NCBI GenBank assembly: GCA_943704425.1
Contig: CALSCP010002461.1
Location: forward strand, 33,823 to 97,822
Direction of reading: 5' to 3'
Source of the DNA: Ministeria vibrans ATCC 50519
Lineage: Eukaryota > Protista > Filasterea
DNA: 64,000 nucleotides
Shown here: piece after piece, positions 25,715-37,623 of the stretch
Numbering within the stretch: position 1 is the stretch's first letter
Layout: each line of letters starts with the position of its first letter
The notes under the pieces: generated by a model
Database searches by the model: none
The model's input: the letters and a program-made list of their open reading frames with translations, nothing else
What the model was told of the DNA's origin: nothing
Position numbers and translations under genes: made by a program

Positions 25715-26488
25715 CTCAATTCTCAGGGACTGATAAAGAAATTGAAATGAAACTGTGTGTGTGTGTGTGTGTATAAAACTTATCAAAGAAGCAATTCAAT
25801 AATTAATGGGATTTTGGGTTGGGAAAATCCCGAATAATAAAAATAATTATATTTTTTTTAAAAATATAATAATAATGTTCATGTTCTCACACTGTTACCT
25901 CTCGAGATTTGGTTGAGTTTGCAAGGCTGAAGGTGGTCTGGTGGTCTCACTGGTCTGGTGATTGTCAGACACTCTGGCTGTTTCTTCGCGTGGTGACTGT
26001 ATCATAAGTGGGTTGTATTCTTCTTCTTCTTCTTCTTATAAATATTATCATCGTCAGAACATCGTCAAAATGAATTAATATGTAAATCGAAGAATATCAA
26101 AATGCACCCATTGCAACAGGCAAAGAAGAGCAAGAGCAAGAGGTTAAAGGACAGAGAGTGCCGAGGTGCCGAAGTGCAGCGGCCAAAGGTGACTTACACT
26201 TCACTTACACAGCAATGGTCGCTCCATCGACTTCATCGACTGGCGAAGCACAAAGACAGCGTGGCACTCCCGTGGCACCCGACCTCCACCCTACCTACCC
26301 CGAACTTCGAGACGACCATGTTTGCTAACGAGATCATGCGTTTTCTTGATCTTGGTCATCTGAGCTACGAGCATAGTACTTGATACCGCAAGTGTAGTAC
26401 GAATACGAAGTCGTCATTAACTTTCTTTATTATTGATGCTACTATAATAATTATTGTGTTAATAAAAGTCGATAATACTATGAATTTT

Positions 26489-29400
26489 TCAAATGTCCGA
26501 CTCGTTCAGTTGCGGTTGTGGTGGACGGATCGGTGCCTTTTTAACGGGTCGCAAAGGGACCACGCGAGTGGTGTCAGCTACAAAGCCACTGGGCTTGGCT
26601 GCAGTCACGAGTGGCTTGGGCTTGGGAGCGGCAGCAGGACGGGCTGGCTTGCCAGCAGTAGGTTTGACGGCCACAGCAGGTTTTTTCTCGGGAGTTGGCT
26701 TGGGCGTCGTCGGTGTGGCCTTGGGTTTGAGAGGGGGCACCGCGGGTTTGCGGGGAGCTGGCTTTCCGACAGATCGAGCGGGGGGGGCGGCGGGACGCGA
26801 GGGAGGCGGCGACTTTGTGGCGGTCGGAGGGAAACAAACAGGCGGGGGTGGAGCCTTCTTCTTGATGGAAGCCGACGGCGCCGTGACGTGTGCCGGAGCG
26901 GTGCGCGGCAAAGGTGGACGATTACTGTTGGTGTCGTTGGAGCCTGCTGCAACGACTGGCGGCCACTTGGAGGCAGTCGCCTTTGCGGTGGAAGGGGGCG
27001 GTGGAGGAGCACGACCGGCACCCGACACGTTGTTGTTGTTGGTGGGTCGAGAGGGAGCGGGTCCTCGTGGAGACGTAACCATCGTGGGCGGGGGTGAAAC
27101 GGCAGTGAGAAGTGAACGGGGTGCGCCAAGCGAGTAAGAAGAGCCTTGGTCGGCCGCAATGAGCGTCGGTTCCATTGAAATCTGGTAGCAGTCTTCGCCG
27201 TTGCGCACGGCCGAGCGGGACAAGCTAGACGACGAGCGAGAGGCGCGTGGGTGTAGACGTTTGACCCAGTTGGGAGTGCCATTCTTGCGCACATGGAGCA
27301 CGCCCAGGACAAGAAGCACAACAACAATTAGAGCAATGACAACGCCAGCAGCAATGCCGGCTGCTCCACCACCACTACCGCTGTTCTGGGGCGACGTACC
27401 TGCAGATGTGTCGACGCTGTATGAGTACGACTGGGTCTGACTCGACGAGAGACGGTACACAGAAACGTAGTAGCGGCCTGCGACGCCGCCTGCGCTCACA
27501 TAGGTGTTGCCGGTGCCCTCGGAGGACGCGTCAAAGTTGGTCAGGGTTGCGATGCGGTTGCGAGCCAGCACGAAGACGACTTCGTTGGAGCCGGTGTAGG
27601 CGAAGGAGACGTTGACAAGCGTTGACGCACCCACATCGGACGCGAGCACGTACTGATGCACAAGTGTCGAGCCCGTCAGTGAGCTGGAGACGGTCTGCTG
27701 AGCAGAGATGAGCGTGGGCCCCGTCTGACATTGCGCACCCGAGTAGCCCACCTGGCAGGCACACGCGGAGCGACAGCACGAGCCGGCGGCAAGGGATGCG
27801 TCATGGACAAGGGTGCCGCAGCCTGCGGCACATGTGTTGGCAACCGCCTGGCAACGTGTGTTGACGCAATCGTACTCGCATGTGTTGAGGCCTGCTGCGT
27901 CGCACTGGGTGCGCGACGAGCAGGGCACAAGGCCCGCGGGGAACACATCAAACGTCTTCGTGTTGATTGAGGAGGAGGTGTACGCGGAGCGGAACGCGCG
28001 CGCACTCACAGTGTACGCCGTGTCACGAGCCTGCAGCGTAAACGCCGAGTCGGTGTACAGAGTACTGCTTTGCGTCGGCGTACTCCCGTCGAGGGTGTAG
28101 TAGATGTCGGCGAGGGGCGTGGCCGTCTCGAGCGACACGGCGACACTGCCGTCGTGGATACCGCCTGAGGGCGTCATGGCAACCGGATTGACCACGGGCG
28201 TAGAGTTCGTGGGGCCATCAACACACTCGCCAAACATGCACACCTTGTTGCTGCCTGACGAGCCGCATGGCGACCCGTTCAGGGTAGGCGCGTTGCTGGT
28301 CGAGCAAGTGCTACTGCCAATTTCGCCGCACCAGAGATTCTTACACTCAATCTGGTTTGACGGGCAGTTAGGCGTGTGCTGATAGTTGACGCCCTTCTGT
28401 GCAACGCACTGGTCGTCGAGGTCGTAACACTGGCCGGGGAGCGAGCCGCACGGGTACGACGGGATAGTGACGGCAGGGTTGGTCGGGATGTTGTCGAGGC
28501 AGGTGTAGAGCGAGAGACGCGCGTTGATGACGGAGACGGAACAAGATGAGAACTGGTAGGTGTAGTCGGTGGAGCCCGAGGTAGAGCTCATGACAAAGTT
28601 GTTTGCGTTGCACGTGTTGGACGAGCCGTCGTGCGACGATCCAAAGTTGTGGCCCATCTCGTGTGCAACTGTGTCGCCCACCACGAGACCCGTGTCCTCG
28701 TTGATGCTGCACGATGACGGTAACGAGCACATGGATCGCAGAGGCGCATAGCCAATGGTGGGGTCCATCAAGTCCACGCGCGTGATTAATACCGCATTGT
28801 CGTGGCCCACCGACGCCTGCTGCGCCATTTGCCAGTCACAAAAGTTGTCCAGCGTCATGTCTTCATCTGTGACCACCACAAATGGATCGGTGGTGCGGTG
28901 CGCCGAGAGCTGCTTGAGACCCAGTTCGATGGGCGGATCAAAAGCCGAGTCGGCATAGCGTGCATTGGCGATGGCCAGTGCAAACGTTGCGTACTTGTCG
29001 GCATCCGCGGCCACCTGGTGGTAAGTGTTGAAGGCAACGTCGGTCACAAGCAACACTTCGACAAGCTTGGGCGTGCCCGCACGCCGTCTGTCGCCCATAT
29101 GCTGCTGCTGCTGCTGTTCAATGCCAAGGTTCAAGCCATATTCAAGTGACATGCGAGTAGAAGTGGTCGCCGTGCGACTGCTGCTGCTGCTGCTGCTGCT
29201 GCTTTCGGCAAGAGCGCAGGCACGACGTTTGGACGGACTCGAGTCGGTCGCGTCAGCATACGGCCTGTAGACGACATGCTGCGACGCGATGGCGTGCTGT
29301 GGATCAAGACGGGCCTTGATGTCGGCCACGTGAGCGCGGTGCTTCAGGTACATGCGCGCCGGCTCGATATGATGGGTGGAGCCATTGAGAGTGAGGACGC

Positions 29401-29886
29401 CAAGGATCTCGCCGTTACAGGTCGCCACCACCGCCGCATTTGGCTTGTGTGGGTCCTGCCCGCGCACCCTGCCCGAATAGTAGCAGTGTGCAAACGGCTC
29501 GGTGCTCTCAGTCTGCGTTTTGAATCGGCAACAGAGCGACAAGATTCACTTTTTAGTTCTCACTAGATTCTTTTTTTTTTTTCCTTTTTTTTTCCAACCT
29601 TGTTTCCGGACACAAGACGGAATTCGGGGGCAATAAGGGAACGGTGGAGTGCCAGATCAACTGTAACACTGCTTTGCGCCATGTCCGCCAGCGGCAGGCG
29701 CAAGGAGAGTCGCGTGGGGTGGAGCGGAGTGCCTGTTTGACGACGAGACCGCAAAACCGCCGGCACGTCGATGGGGGTGACGACGTAGCGGCGGACGTGC
29801 GCCAGAGGTGTCGTGTACCCGTCCGTGTCGACGCGCGCCGCAACGGCCGCCGTCAAAATAGCGGCGAAGATCACGGACAATGGCAT
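26489..29886 (-). CDS. Membrane-anchored M12B (ADAM/ADAMTS-like) metalloprotease
   Basis: Signal and prodomain (HCYYSG, HIEP), basic cleavage site RRRA, zinc motif HEMGHNFGSSHD (28628-28663), Met-turn FVMS, ADAMTS-type Cys-rich domain (YDLDDQC..CKNLWC..GSPCG..CMFGEC), IYYTLDGSTP Ig-like module, EGF (CQVGYSGAQC), TM helix, Pro-rich tail. Confidence 0.88.
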
Positions 29887-29959
29887 AAATAAAACTAATA
29901 ATGAGTAAACTGCATATTCAACTATTCAAGTTTGTTTTAAACTTTTAATAAGATTAATA

Positions 29960-30136
29960 TTTTTAACAGAAATAATAATGATAATAATAATTAATAATAA
30001 TAATAATAATAATATGATTATTATTATTATTATTATTATCATTATTATTATGATTATTGTTATTATGATTATTATTATTATTAATAATTATTATTATTAT
30101 TATTAAAAATACGTCATTATGATTATTATTATTATG

Positions 30137-30177
<41 letters not shown>

Positions 30178-30180
30178 GTA
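29960..30180. repeat. (AAT)n/(ATT)n microsatellite
   Basis: Long imperfect trinucleotide tract in an intergenic region; a similar tract fills the intron at about 31150-31430. Confidence 0.95.
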
Positions 30181-30466
30181 CATTCTTCTCATGGGTGTAT
30201 CAGTGGGTTCACTGAGTCTATGAGCTTCTTTCGGGACGTTCTCGTGTTGAAGTCTAAGTATTGTGCTGCTCTTTGTCTTGTATATAGTTTTTGTTTTCAC
30301 ATTGAGTACAACTCTCGATTCTCTATTTAATTTCTTATTATTATTATTATTATTTATGACGCTCCGGTTTCTTAGAAAGCGGTAATGTGTTGTTTGTGTT
30401 GTCATCTCTTTTCGTTTGTGATTGATAATAAATTAAAAACGTCTTCTTCTTAATACTTATTCATGA

Positions 30467-31180
30467 TCATGATGGCGCAGCAAGCGAGTCCAACACTATT
30501 GCCCTTCTCCAGTCCACCCAATACTTGTTCAGGAGCGCTCCCCAGTAGACGATCATGACGGTGCAATAACCAATGGCGCATGTGTTGATGAAAAAGAGGT
30601 CGATGGCCATGTTGGGAGTGCGATCAAGGAGCGCGTCGAAATGCACAGGCACGGACACAATGAAGACGATCCAGAAAATCTTTTGGAGCAACAGGATGGT
30701 GACGGGAACGAGCATCATACCTCGTTTGCGAGCATGCTGTGGCCGTGCAAGCGCAATGTAAAGCATGTACTCCACGATGGTGACAAAGTTGGTGATGTAG
30801 AGCGCGCTGGTGAACGGTATGTTCGTCTCATTGTGATACTGCACCGCTTGAGCAAGCGTGATCATGAGCACAAGGAAGCCCAGGCCAAAGGCAAAGGCAA
30901 GCCGCATTGCGCTGTTGGTGCGAAACCCTCGTGGTAAAGCCCAGCAGCAGACATTGCGATCAAACGGCAACTGCGGAGAATCGGGATCTCGACGATTCAA
31001 ATGTGCGGATCCCCAATATTGATCGAGCACGAGCGACCCCACAAGCACAAATACTATGCTCAGTTGTAATGAAAGTAATGGATAGCCATTGATCTCAAGG
31101 AGGCTCCTATAAGCAAGTAGAGGAAGAATATTAAAAAACTGAAAAAGTCATAATTATTATTATACTTTTTAATTATTCTT

Positions 31181-31224
<44 letters not shown>

Positions 31225-31250
31225 TCTTATTATTATTGTTATTAGTATTG

Positions 31251-31307
<57 letters not shown>

Positions 31308-32677
31308 GTATTAGGATTTTATTATTATTATTATTATTATTAGTATTAGTATTAGATTGTTATTATTGTTATTATTATTATTAGTATTAGTATTGTTATT
31401 ATTGTTATTATTATTATTATTATTATTATGTTGCCTTACTTGGCTTGGAGAATGTCAACAACAGTCGTCGCAATGGATCCGCCGGTAAAGCCAATAGAGA
31501 GAATGACGGCCAGTGTGAGAACAAGGTACTGGGAGCGATCCTTGATGAAATGGTAGGTGTACGACAGCTGATCGCGCAATACAACGCGTGTGTGGGTGTC
31601 GAACAAACGATCTTTCACCTGCTCAGTGCGTCGTGCAAGATTGACGACGCTTGCCAAGTCGTGTGTCGTAAAAAACATGATCCACAAGCAGAGCGAGAGA
31701 CGGTAGGCAAGGGAGGCAAATGTGAAGAAGCGATCGACAGGCATCCAAATGAGTTGCGGCACAAACGCGGAGAGCAGATCGTCGAGGAAGAAATAGCAGC
31801 TCAGTGCAAAATTGAGGTAGACCATGTACACGGCGGCACTCAAACAGCGACCAGCTGCGCCGCTAAGGGCCCCCGAATCTTCCGCACGCTTCAGCAGCGC
31901 GTATCGCGTGAGGATGTTGGTGAAGGCCAAGTAGGCGCACACGAGAGCGATTGGAGAGAGGATGTCATGCACCGAGCGCAACGAGTGGGTGACGACAAAC
32001 ATGACGTTGGCCGTGCAGTTGGGTCCTGGCGCTTGATCCAATATTTTACCCACTGGCGATAAAGTGCACAGCGTCACAGTCGGAAATGCTGCCAGGTACA
32101 CGTTGGCGAAGTCAACGTAGAGAGTGGCCAGGAGGAGCACGCAGGGCACCAATGCAGGCAGGCGCAGCGATGACTTCAGAGTGACTTCTCCAAAGAATCG
32201 TGTGGCAGAGTAAGGTGGCTCGAACGGGATTTTCCTTAGATCCACAATGGGATATGAGCGATTCGGAATGGTCTTTGCTTTGATGGCATTGCGCTCGTCG
32301 GCCATTTCTCCGCTGCCCGTCTCAAGCTTGGCGCAGAGCATCATGTACACTAGCACACCGACATGGATGAGGATACTGAGAGTAAGCAGCACAGTGGTAA
32401 TGCTCAGAGACGCCTTGAGATCTCGCATGGTGCCACCACCGCTCACGAGTGCGCCGGCCGCAAGGAGAACAAGAAACCCCACAAAAAAGGTCCACATCAG
32501 AGTTTTGACCTCCTGACGCTGATCAACACGGTTTGCCTCGTCTTCCTTTGCCACCGTAACATAGGACGCACGAAGTGTTTGACTCACTTCGATTGGACGG
32601 GACGAAACAGATGGGTCATAGGTGTGTGGTGCGGGGTTTGAGCACAAACTGACGCGTTCTTCGTCCATATTCGGCAT
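30467..32677 (-). CDS. Polytopic membrane protein (about 10-12 TM), possibly otopetrin-like
   Basis: Two ORFs join in frame (LQA AA|G SLLEINGY; donor near 31438, acceptor near 31108); many hydrophobic segments; weak resemblance to otopetrin motifs. Confidence 0.6.
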
Positions 32678-33281
32678 GACTTCGTCGCTGCGTAGACGTA
32701 CGTTGCTGTGCTAATGCAGTAAAGGGAGAAAGCGTACTGAGGCGATAAAGAGCAAAGGAGACTAGAGGGGCGTGAGAACAGTGAAAAAAGTGTGAACACT
32801 CAATAATGATAATAATAATAATAATTATTATTATTATTGTATTGTTGTTTTTTTTTGGACGAAGTGGACGAATAACTTTCCCAGTCCTTTACAGTTCTCC
32901 CAAAATCCGTTTTAGTGAAACAAGAGCAGTAGGTTGATAAGGTTGTGTAATTAGACGATAAGACGAAGTAGTTAGTAGTGTTGGTTCTTATAAGCTGTCA
33001 TGTTTAAAGCATCTTCTGTGGATATCCATTATCCGCACAATTTTTTGCAAGACCTTGCAAGTGTATGATAGAGACGAGTCCATCACAAAACCAAATAATG
33101 TTGCCAGAGTAGTGAGTGGTCTTATTTATCACAAAGATTGGTGCCAACTCACAACTGCCAAGTACCTCATTTATCTCATCTCACTGATAAGCGAAACTTT
33201 TTCTCTCACAGTGAACTTGAACGAAGTGAACTTCACACAGTTTTATAAATTTCAATTTTATTCAACAAATATATAATAATT

Positions 33282-34407
33282 ATGCGTCTCGTACTCTGCC
33301 TTGCTGTAACTGCCGCACTGGCATTGGTGGCGCGTGGCGAGCCGCCGATCGATCTTGAATTTGGGCCGGTTGTGGTTGACGCGACTCCCGTCGACGCGCA
33401 GGGGAGCCCCCAGAGCCCCCCGTGCCGTCGGTGTGCGGGTGTGCTGTTGGAGGTACGCATTGCCGCCGCACAGTGGGCTCCGTCGGGGTCCAGGGTGTCT
33501 GAATGACGGCCGTTTTGAAAATCTTACAATCACACTCTCTGGACAGTCTATAAAAAACAAAAAAAAAAAAGAGATTGCTTATCGCAAGCACGCGTATGTG
33601 TGTACGATGGGGTGTGCCTGGTTGGTACATGTACACTGCACCGCAAGCCCTCTGCGAGCAGGCGTCTGTGGTTGCGGTTCAGCTCCGTTTCAATTTTAAT
33701 ATACTCTCTTTGATATGTCTTTGTCTTCTCAGCTCACGACCCTCGCGGCCAACCTGACGCTGGAAGACGTCAAGGCGACGCTTGCCAGTGTGTGTGGGGA
33801 CTTGCCTGAGGATATCCAGGTAAACGCAAGCACATACAAGCGAGACAGAGCGCTTTTTCATCATTCCTATTTGCAGAGCGAGTGCACGGACTACAGCAAC
33901 GAATTTTCACTGCCTCTCTTTGAGACTATCACGGGAAAGTACGCACACACACACACACACACACACACGCGCGCGCGCGCGATCAAAGAAAACGCACTGT
34001 CGCGACTGACTTCCCTGCTTCTTGTGCGCTCACTCAGACTTGCGCCTTCTGCTGCGTGCAAGATGGCCCAGATGTGTGGCGGCGCTGCCACAGACGCACA
34101 GGCGTCGCTGAGCACGAGCGAGGCTGCACACCCAACGGTCAAACACTTGCACGGCAAGCACTGGCACCCGTTCCGCGCCTTCCGCCACTTCCTTCACAAC
34201 AAGGTTCACAGGCACCACGGCATGGCGTCGTTCCTATCGCATCTTTTCACGCGCACAGAGCAGCCCTTGCACCACTGGGTTCACAAGCACAAGAACCTTT
34301 TTGCCATGTTCAAGCAAGCCAACACCGACAAGGCTCTTGCGTCGTTCCATGCCAAGCAGGCCGAGGAGAAAAAGGACAGCGAGAGCGTCTCGACTATGAA
34401 CGTTTAG
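33282..34407 (+). CDS. Secreted saposin-like protein with His-rich C-terminal extension
   Basis: Signal peptide; spliced CRRC..LLE|LTTL..LASVCGDLPEDIQ|SECTDY..|..AACKMAQMC gives the six-Cys saposin B pattern. Confidence 0.8.
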
Positions 34408-34758
34408 TATTCGTATGAATTCTTCAATGCACTATTATAATATTTTTAAGACAGATTGATTTATCACACTCGAGCCAAACAATCTCCCGTTCATACGCAA
34501 AGTGGCAAACGGTATTGGATAAGACACGTAAAATTTTATCGATACAAATAAAAACTAAACCATCATTCATAAGTAGTGCATGACCAGATTTATTTACCAC
34601 ATTAATTTTATTTACTCACCTCTACGCTACCAAACCCAACTCGTCGTAATAATTATTATTGTTTTTATCAAAATATTATAATAATTATTATTAATATTAC
34701 TCGTCGTAATCATATTTTAGAATCACACTTTTTCTTCGCTCTCGCCCTCTCGTTACGC

Positions 34759-37462
34759 ATGAAGCTGTTTGCAAAGTGGCTGCGCCCAGTTGAGAAACAG
34801 ACGCCAGGGTCGACACCAGTGGACCTGTACGAGGCGGGACCGCCCATCCTGCAGGCAGACGCCATGGAGCAGCCCGTGACGTGGGCCACCACAACGGCGC
34901 CCAACAATGTTCCGCCTGCGCCCAAGACATCGGCCGAGATGCGCGCCACGCGTCGCCCCAAGGCCGGCTTCACCACAGTCGAGTTCCCCGTGCGCATGCC
35001 TGGCGAATCCGAACCCATTCTCGTCGCTATGCAAACGGCTGACTCGAAAAAACACATCAATGGTGTTCCGTCGCCTAATCGCTCCCACGCTCACCCCACC
35101 CACGACCCGCTCGAGGCTGGATACCGTGTTGAGGAGTTTGACACGCTCCTTGCCTTCAAACACGGCCCTATAGTGCCAGAAGGCTACACTGACAGACGTT
35201 TTGAGTTTGGTACGAAAAAAAATTTTTTTTTTGAATTGTTTGTGTGAAACATTCCCGTAACACATTATGGCATGCCGCATTCTTTTGACTGCATCTCTGT
35301 TGTATCTGTGTTTTAAATGTCATGGAATGCATCGCGTGTCGCAGCGCTTTCCTGAACAGCGTCGATTCGTCGTGATGATGAAAGCAGTTGTTTGCCCCCC
35401 GTCCCAAACTCGGAAATGCGCCTATTACGCCCCACGCTCGCCCGTTTATGATGTTTAGCAGCGCTATTTCATTGTTCTACTGCGCAGCAGGCGACACAAT
35501 GCAGCCGTCCATTTCCCAAACTCGCGACGAACCAATTTTCCCATTCGTCATTTTTCTGTTTATCATCTTCAAACGCCGACACTCACACCGTGAACACATC
35601 TCTAAGCTGCATGCAAGTGACCATCTAATGCACACTTCTTTGTTGCCAGTGTTGCGCGTATTCTCATTTTTTTTTCGTATTTGTCTTGTCTTTGCTTCAT
35701 TGATGTATTCAGAGGCTCCAATGTATAGCGACATTGAGGAGCATATCACTTGTGACGACGAAGAGGAACTCGCCAAGCACGACAAGTGGTTTACGTACCA
35801 CCATCCCAAACACGAAGGCAGGTGGAACCCACCACGCCGCCTGGTCAGTCCTCAACACTCGCCCAAAGTGCGCTCGCCCGTCCGCAAAGTCCGTCTTGCC
35901 ACCACTGCAGCGGCAACCTCGGGACACCCTGTCTTTGGTGACAAGTCGCCTACCAAACCAGCGGGTCCACGCTCGCCACAAAAGATTGTCGCTCTCATGG
36001 ACAGTCCTATGCGTGTCAAGAAGAAATTCACCTCGGTACCCAAGATTGAACTGAGCAAGCCCATCGCAAAGCCGGCTGTCGCAACTTGTGCAAGCCCACA
36101 GCGCGCTACCGTCTCACGCTGTGGCACGCCCGAAGACACACTGCGCTTTGCTCAAGTGCTCGTGCGCACACCCGAAGGTGAAGGAGCTCACACTACCGAT
36201 GACAACAACGACGACGACGATTGCACAAACTCCTTTCTGCAAGACCTCGAAGCAGCCGCCGCGTCCACGCCCCTCAAGACTTCCCACTCGCCGTCCATCA
36301 GCACGGGATGCACCGCACAGCTTCAGCGCAAACTGGCTTTGACCGATACGGCCCGCCAGCACCTAAACTCCCCAAACTCTCCCAATGTCAGCGACCGCTC
36401 GCCCGCTCGCCAGCGCTTCATCTTCGACCTCAACAACGCCAGTGGAGATGCATCCACTCCAGTAGCACCCACAACAACAGCAACAACAGTAGAAACAGCC
36501 ACACGTGCGCCCCACACTCCCACGAGCAAGTTTGTGACTCCCCCACGCGCACTGCGCTCCTCCACCACCACCCACCACCAACAACAGCCCACCATCCTCT
36601 CCGCCTCACCTCTTCGTCGTCGTCTGCTTCACCAGCTTGATGCTGCCAGCCCCGGCTCTCCTCTTGCATCGGGTGCCAAGCGCGTTTTTTCCGCCATTCT
36701 TGGCGACGACACCGCACCTTCCACCACCAAAGAGAACGACGCAGCGACCCCTCCGCCCGCGCCCACTGCGCCTCCCGCCAAGAAATCTCGTCCCTTTGCG
36801 TCGTCCTCTTCTTCTTCTACAGCATCCTCCGCCAACGCGGCTGCCGAACGACCCTTCAAGAAGTCCAAAATTGACGCAGTGTGGGACAAGGAAGTAGACC
36901 AAATGTTGCGCAGTCACAACGACAAAGTCAAAGAGGCCTACCGCGCCAAGCAGGCACCCGCTCCCGCTCAGGGCCTCTCCCGCAAGCGCCCTGCCGCCGC
37001 CACCCTATCATCGTCGACATCCGTCGCCTCCCACGTCACCCGCTCCAAATCAACTGCATCTACCAAACTTCACGCGCACGCCGCATCTACCGATGCCGCA
37101 GCATCCCTATTGTCTGCCACCACTGTGCCCGCTGCTGCGCTCCTCGAGGACAACGACATTGTCCAAATGATGCGCAAACACAACGAGAAGATTCTCGCCA
37201 AGAAATCCCTCTACGATCACAATGGCCGTCGCGTCCGCACCAACACAGACGCAGCCAAAACTGACCAACCTGCTCCGAAAAAGGCCCGCCTCGTCACAAC
37301 GGCCGTACATGTCACCAAAACCGCAGCGCCGCCCTCAAAAAAGGTATTTTTCATATTTGTTTTTTCTTCTCTTTCTCCCATTCGTCTCTCTAACTTGTTC
37401 TTTCCCTTCTGATTTAGGCCTACCGCCCACCTTCGAGTCGCTTCTCTGAGACATACGTCTAA
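34759..37462 (+). CDS. Disordered, S/T-P-rich protein with a TPX2-like Aurora-binding motif
   Basis: Exons about 34759-35209, 35713-37342 and 37418-37462; the first junction creates FEFEAPMYSD..DKWF. Confidence 0.6.
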
Positions 37463-37623
37463 ATCAACTGTATTCCTTTTTTTTAACTTTCCATATATTT
37501 TTCTCTTTCCCAATAGAATAAAAGTACTTATTAGTATGGCTTTTGAAAACCCTTCTTATTGAAAGATGCATTATTATTATTAATAATTATTATAATTCAC
37601 TCTACAAAGATATGTTCCAACAG

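Noticed and set aside
26102-26383. 93-aa ORF in a moderately GC-rich intergenic island (25880-26420)
   Set aside because: No motif, splice support or terminal repeats; it cannot be called a gene or an element
33453-33732. Possible hairpins in saposin intron 1 (accgcaa...ttgcggt), considered as an H/ACA snoRNA
   Set aside because: No convincing H or ACA boxes, and the stems are short enough to occur by chance
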